DNA of 64,000 nucleotides from Saccostrea echinata (taxonomy: Eukaryota), in NCBI RefSeq assembly GCF_033153115.1, contig NW_026889774.1, positions 28,830,001 through 28,894,000 of the forward strand. The letters are read 5' to 3'. Positions 61,104 to 64,000 of the stretch are shown here, in pieces; the stretch's first letter is position 1, and the number at the start of each line of letters is the position of its first letter. The position numbers were made by a program, and so were the translations under genes. The notes below the pieces were generated by a model, which ran no database searches, was not told where the DNA came from, and saw only the letters and a program-made list of their open reading frames with translations.

Positions 61104-64000
61104 ATGAAAAAAATTAAAAGACAAAAAATGTCTACAGACCATTTTGGACTTTCTACACACGACATGTAAGTATATACATTGTATATTATTTTCCTGTTCA
61201 ATTCTGGTTAAAACATAAACAACATGTGAATCTTAAGTTTTAGTTTACCATGTTTCCTTAGAAGTACATGATAACTTTTTGAACATCTCTAAAAAATACA
61301 TGTATATTAACACTAAGGTTGAGCAAGAGTTAACATACTTTAAATGTTATGTTGGTATGTAAATGTGGTAGTGTAAGATGCATGGAATCATACTAGCTTT
61401 GGCTTTTAGCAATCTATTGGTAGAGTGCACTAAACTGGTAAATAAGCCAGAGATCCCTCGATTGTTCAACCTCAGACATATAGGCACAAACTTGTCTCTT
61501 CTATATGAATAAAAAGAATCATTTCAATTATATTAAGTTCAAAACCCCTTTCATGATATTGTACAATATACAGCATCATTGCAACATCTTGAAAGGGGTT
61601 TTATATACATGTATTATAATAATATATATGCTGATTCAAATCTGCACTAATCATTATTTCCTAATTTCCTCCTATCCTTGAGTAGAGGAATGAATTTGAA
61701 GCTCTTGGCTTGCAAAGATAAATTAATGAACCAGAATTTATAAAGCTCTCTTAATTTTTTCTTCCATGTTAAGAACATCCAATCTACATCGGTATGGGGA
61801 GTGTATTCTCCACTGCAATATCCACATCTCCAGAGGAATCCATGAATTTGACAATGATATTGTTTTACGCTATGCATGTGGAATCGCGAATAGTGGTGGA
61901 GGTGTTCTCCACATGAAGAATGAGGATTATAGAAGTGGAGTCTGCTCCAAAGATTTAGATATATGGTGGAGTGGAATGGAAATAAAACTCGCTGAGATGA
62001 TCTCATCAGATGATATTTGTAACTATTTTGATATGGTGGGAAATTACGATGATGCCGATCTGTATCTCTTTATCAAGTCTGCTGAGCACATCTGTACAAT
62101 AGACTATCATTCCCGTTTACCCACCGACACAGCCACGCATGAGGTCAGTTACCAGTCTGTGATCAAGCTCCTCCAGAGAGATGAATCAGGAAAACCACTC
62201 TCTGCCCTCCCTTCAATCCCCACAAACTTCCAGTATGGAGTTACAAATGAGTATCTCAAACAAGAGACAAAGCAAATTCAATTCAAACAGCTATCAAGTC
62301 GAAATTCAAGAGACGGGAAAGGCATCCCAGACAAAATTAGGACACTGATATCAAAATATGTGACAGCATTTGCTAATCATGAAGGAGGACACATCTATTT
62401 TGGCATTGATGATGATCAGGCTGCTGTGTATGGAGAAGAGATGACTGACCAGGAACAAGAGAGAACAGGTGACTTAGCATGATGGACAGGTAACTTAACA
62501 TGATGGACAGGTAACTTAGCATGATGGACAGGTAACAACATGGTGGACAGATAACTTAGCATGATGGACAGGTAACTTAGCAAGATGGACAGGTAACTAA
62601 ACATGATGGACAGGTAACTTAGCATGATGGACAGATAACTTAGCATGATGGACAGGTAACTTAATATGATGGACAGGTAACTTAGCATGATGGACAGGTA
62701 ACTAAACATGATGGACAGGTAACTTAGCATGATGGACAGATAACTTAGCATCATGGACAGGTAACTTAACATGATGGACAGGTAACTTAGCATGATGCCA
62801 AGCAGTATGTCTACCAGTAATAAATACAAAATTAGTAAACCACATGGAACAACCTAAATTGTTTCTTAATATCCAGTCTAAAATATCTTATTGAGACAAA
62901 GTATGACTTCTTATGAGAAATATTTTCATCAAATATGTCATTAATTTGAAGATGTTGTTAGGTTTAATTGTAAATTGAAAGTTTGCTTTTTAAGATGTTC
63001 ATCATCTTTTATTTGTAAATTATTTGTTTAATGTTAAATTGCAGGTACATCCTAATGGATCCAAAATCACCTATGAGGTTAAATGTTTTAAAATTACAAG
63101 TTGGTCACTTGAAACTGTGATTTTGAGAAACAGTGTGGAAAACATGTCTTAGCTATTTTATTGATTGTCAATTGATATGTCCAAATAATTTGAAAAGATA
63201 CATGGCTAATTAAGAAATAACCTTGCTTTAAGAAAGAAAAACATGACATTTTTATGAGATTTTTTCTTTACCTGTATCTTTCATACATAAGTTTATTTTC
63301 AGCTCTCTATTAAATTTAATTATTTTAATTTATTTACATGTATCAACACTATTGATTGAAGTCTTCTTATTTCAGTAAAGCTGGTCCAGTTGAAGATGGA
63401 TGTTATGATATGGGGGAGTTCCTCCTTCAGTGCCCAGAGAGGGGTACAGTGGGACATTCATTTCTCCCCAGTGCAGAGTGTGCCTCATAAGATGGTATAC
63501 CTGACTTCAAATATTTTTTATTAAGTTTTCACATACATGTACTATGTAAGTGGATTTTATTTTTTACGAGACACAAGCTTAGCTTTTTTCCTTAAAAATC
63601 CATATTTTATTTTAGCAAGAGTTAATTTTAAATGATTCTTAATTACCACTTGTGCAGAATGCATTGTTAGCAATATTCAATCTAGCAACTTCAACACTCT
63701 TGCTGATATTGCCAAAATTGAATTTCTGCTAAATCTTTTGCTCATATGGTACTTAGCAGAAAGTTTTTTTAAGATTAAATTACAAAGATACAAATTATCT
63801 ACACATTAATATCTAAATTTGTTAATCAAGTTAATAGTATTTGAAAAGTTATTGTAGAATACATCAATCCCAAATTTTCTTATTCAGAAATATTTTAGGG
63901 AGATCTTTCCAAGGTTAACAAATTACCCATGATTACTTTTATCCACAGAATCCCCGAGTTGTTGTTGTTGTGTCCGTATGTAAATTTCCTGGGGGCGTAT
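61104..64000 (+). CDS. Schlafen-like (AlbA_2) protein; exons 61104-61165, 61774-62468, 63376-63494, 63949->64000 (3' incomplete)
   Basis: N-lobe ACGIANSGGGVL, C-lobe ETKQIQFKQ and YVTAFANHEGGHIYFGIDD, then VVVVSVCKFPGGV. Junction phases 2,1,0 are compatible with GT-AG sites. Confidence 0.88.
62465..62797 (+). repeat. 21-bp minisatellite x16 starting at the Schlafen exon-2 donor site
   Basis: Consensus GTAACTTAGCATGATGGACAG. Unit starts 62469, 62490, 62511, 62532 (19 bp), 62551 ... 62782. Confidence 0.97.

Noticed and set aside
62469-62797. Possible CRISPR-like array (also 2523-2687 and 9820-10300)
   Set aside because: Units are contiguous tandem repeats without unique spacers; eukaryotic context and no cas genes
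62416-62829. 137-aa - strand ORF (MLSYLSI)n
   Set aside because: Antisense translation of the 21-bp minisatellite; no independent evidence of coding

Overview
AT-rich eukaryotic genomic DNA with five N-gaps (252-418, 19833-19970, 19987-20138, 31064-31193, 37462-37606). The repeat content suggests a bivalve mollusc, probably an oyster (inference): Deu/Nin-domain SINEs, Helentron/HINE ends, satellite-like arrays and abundant Naiad-type Penelope fragments. Genes reconstructed by hand from splice sites and codon phases: (1) the 5' part of an ABCG half-transporter (- strand, runs off the left edge); (2) a single-exon Toll-like receptor disabled by a 13-bp duplication frameshift and a TGG>TGA nonsense codon; (3) a complete C10orf88/PAAT-like gene (- strand); (4) head-to-head with it, a two-lobed Schlafen (AlbA_2) gene that runs off the right edge; (5) a probable decayed gene of unknown family (about 38.5-40.2 kb) whose downstream region is segmentally duplicated (about 20.1-25.5 kb vs 30.1-38.7 kb). 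Mobile DNA dominates the rest: an intron-containing Crypton tyrosine-recombinase element, a canonical Penelope element with GIY-YIG domain and a minimal hammerhead, about a dozen Naiad-like 3' fragments, five tRNA-Deu SINEs and many MITEs. Best leads: a 16-unit minisatellite that multiplies a Schlafen 5' splice site behind an in-frame stop; an E>Q change at a Schlafen catalytic position; a SINE head that appears to carry an unspliced tRNA-Tyr intron next to CTCTAG; bulged terminal hairpins of Crypton-type elements; and a covarying RNA structure in Naiad 3' tails. No database searches or folding programs were run, so family names rest on recalled motifs.
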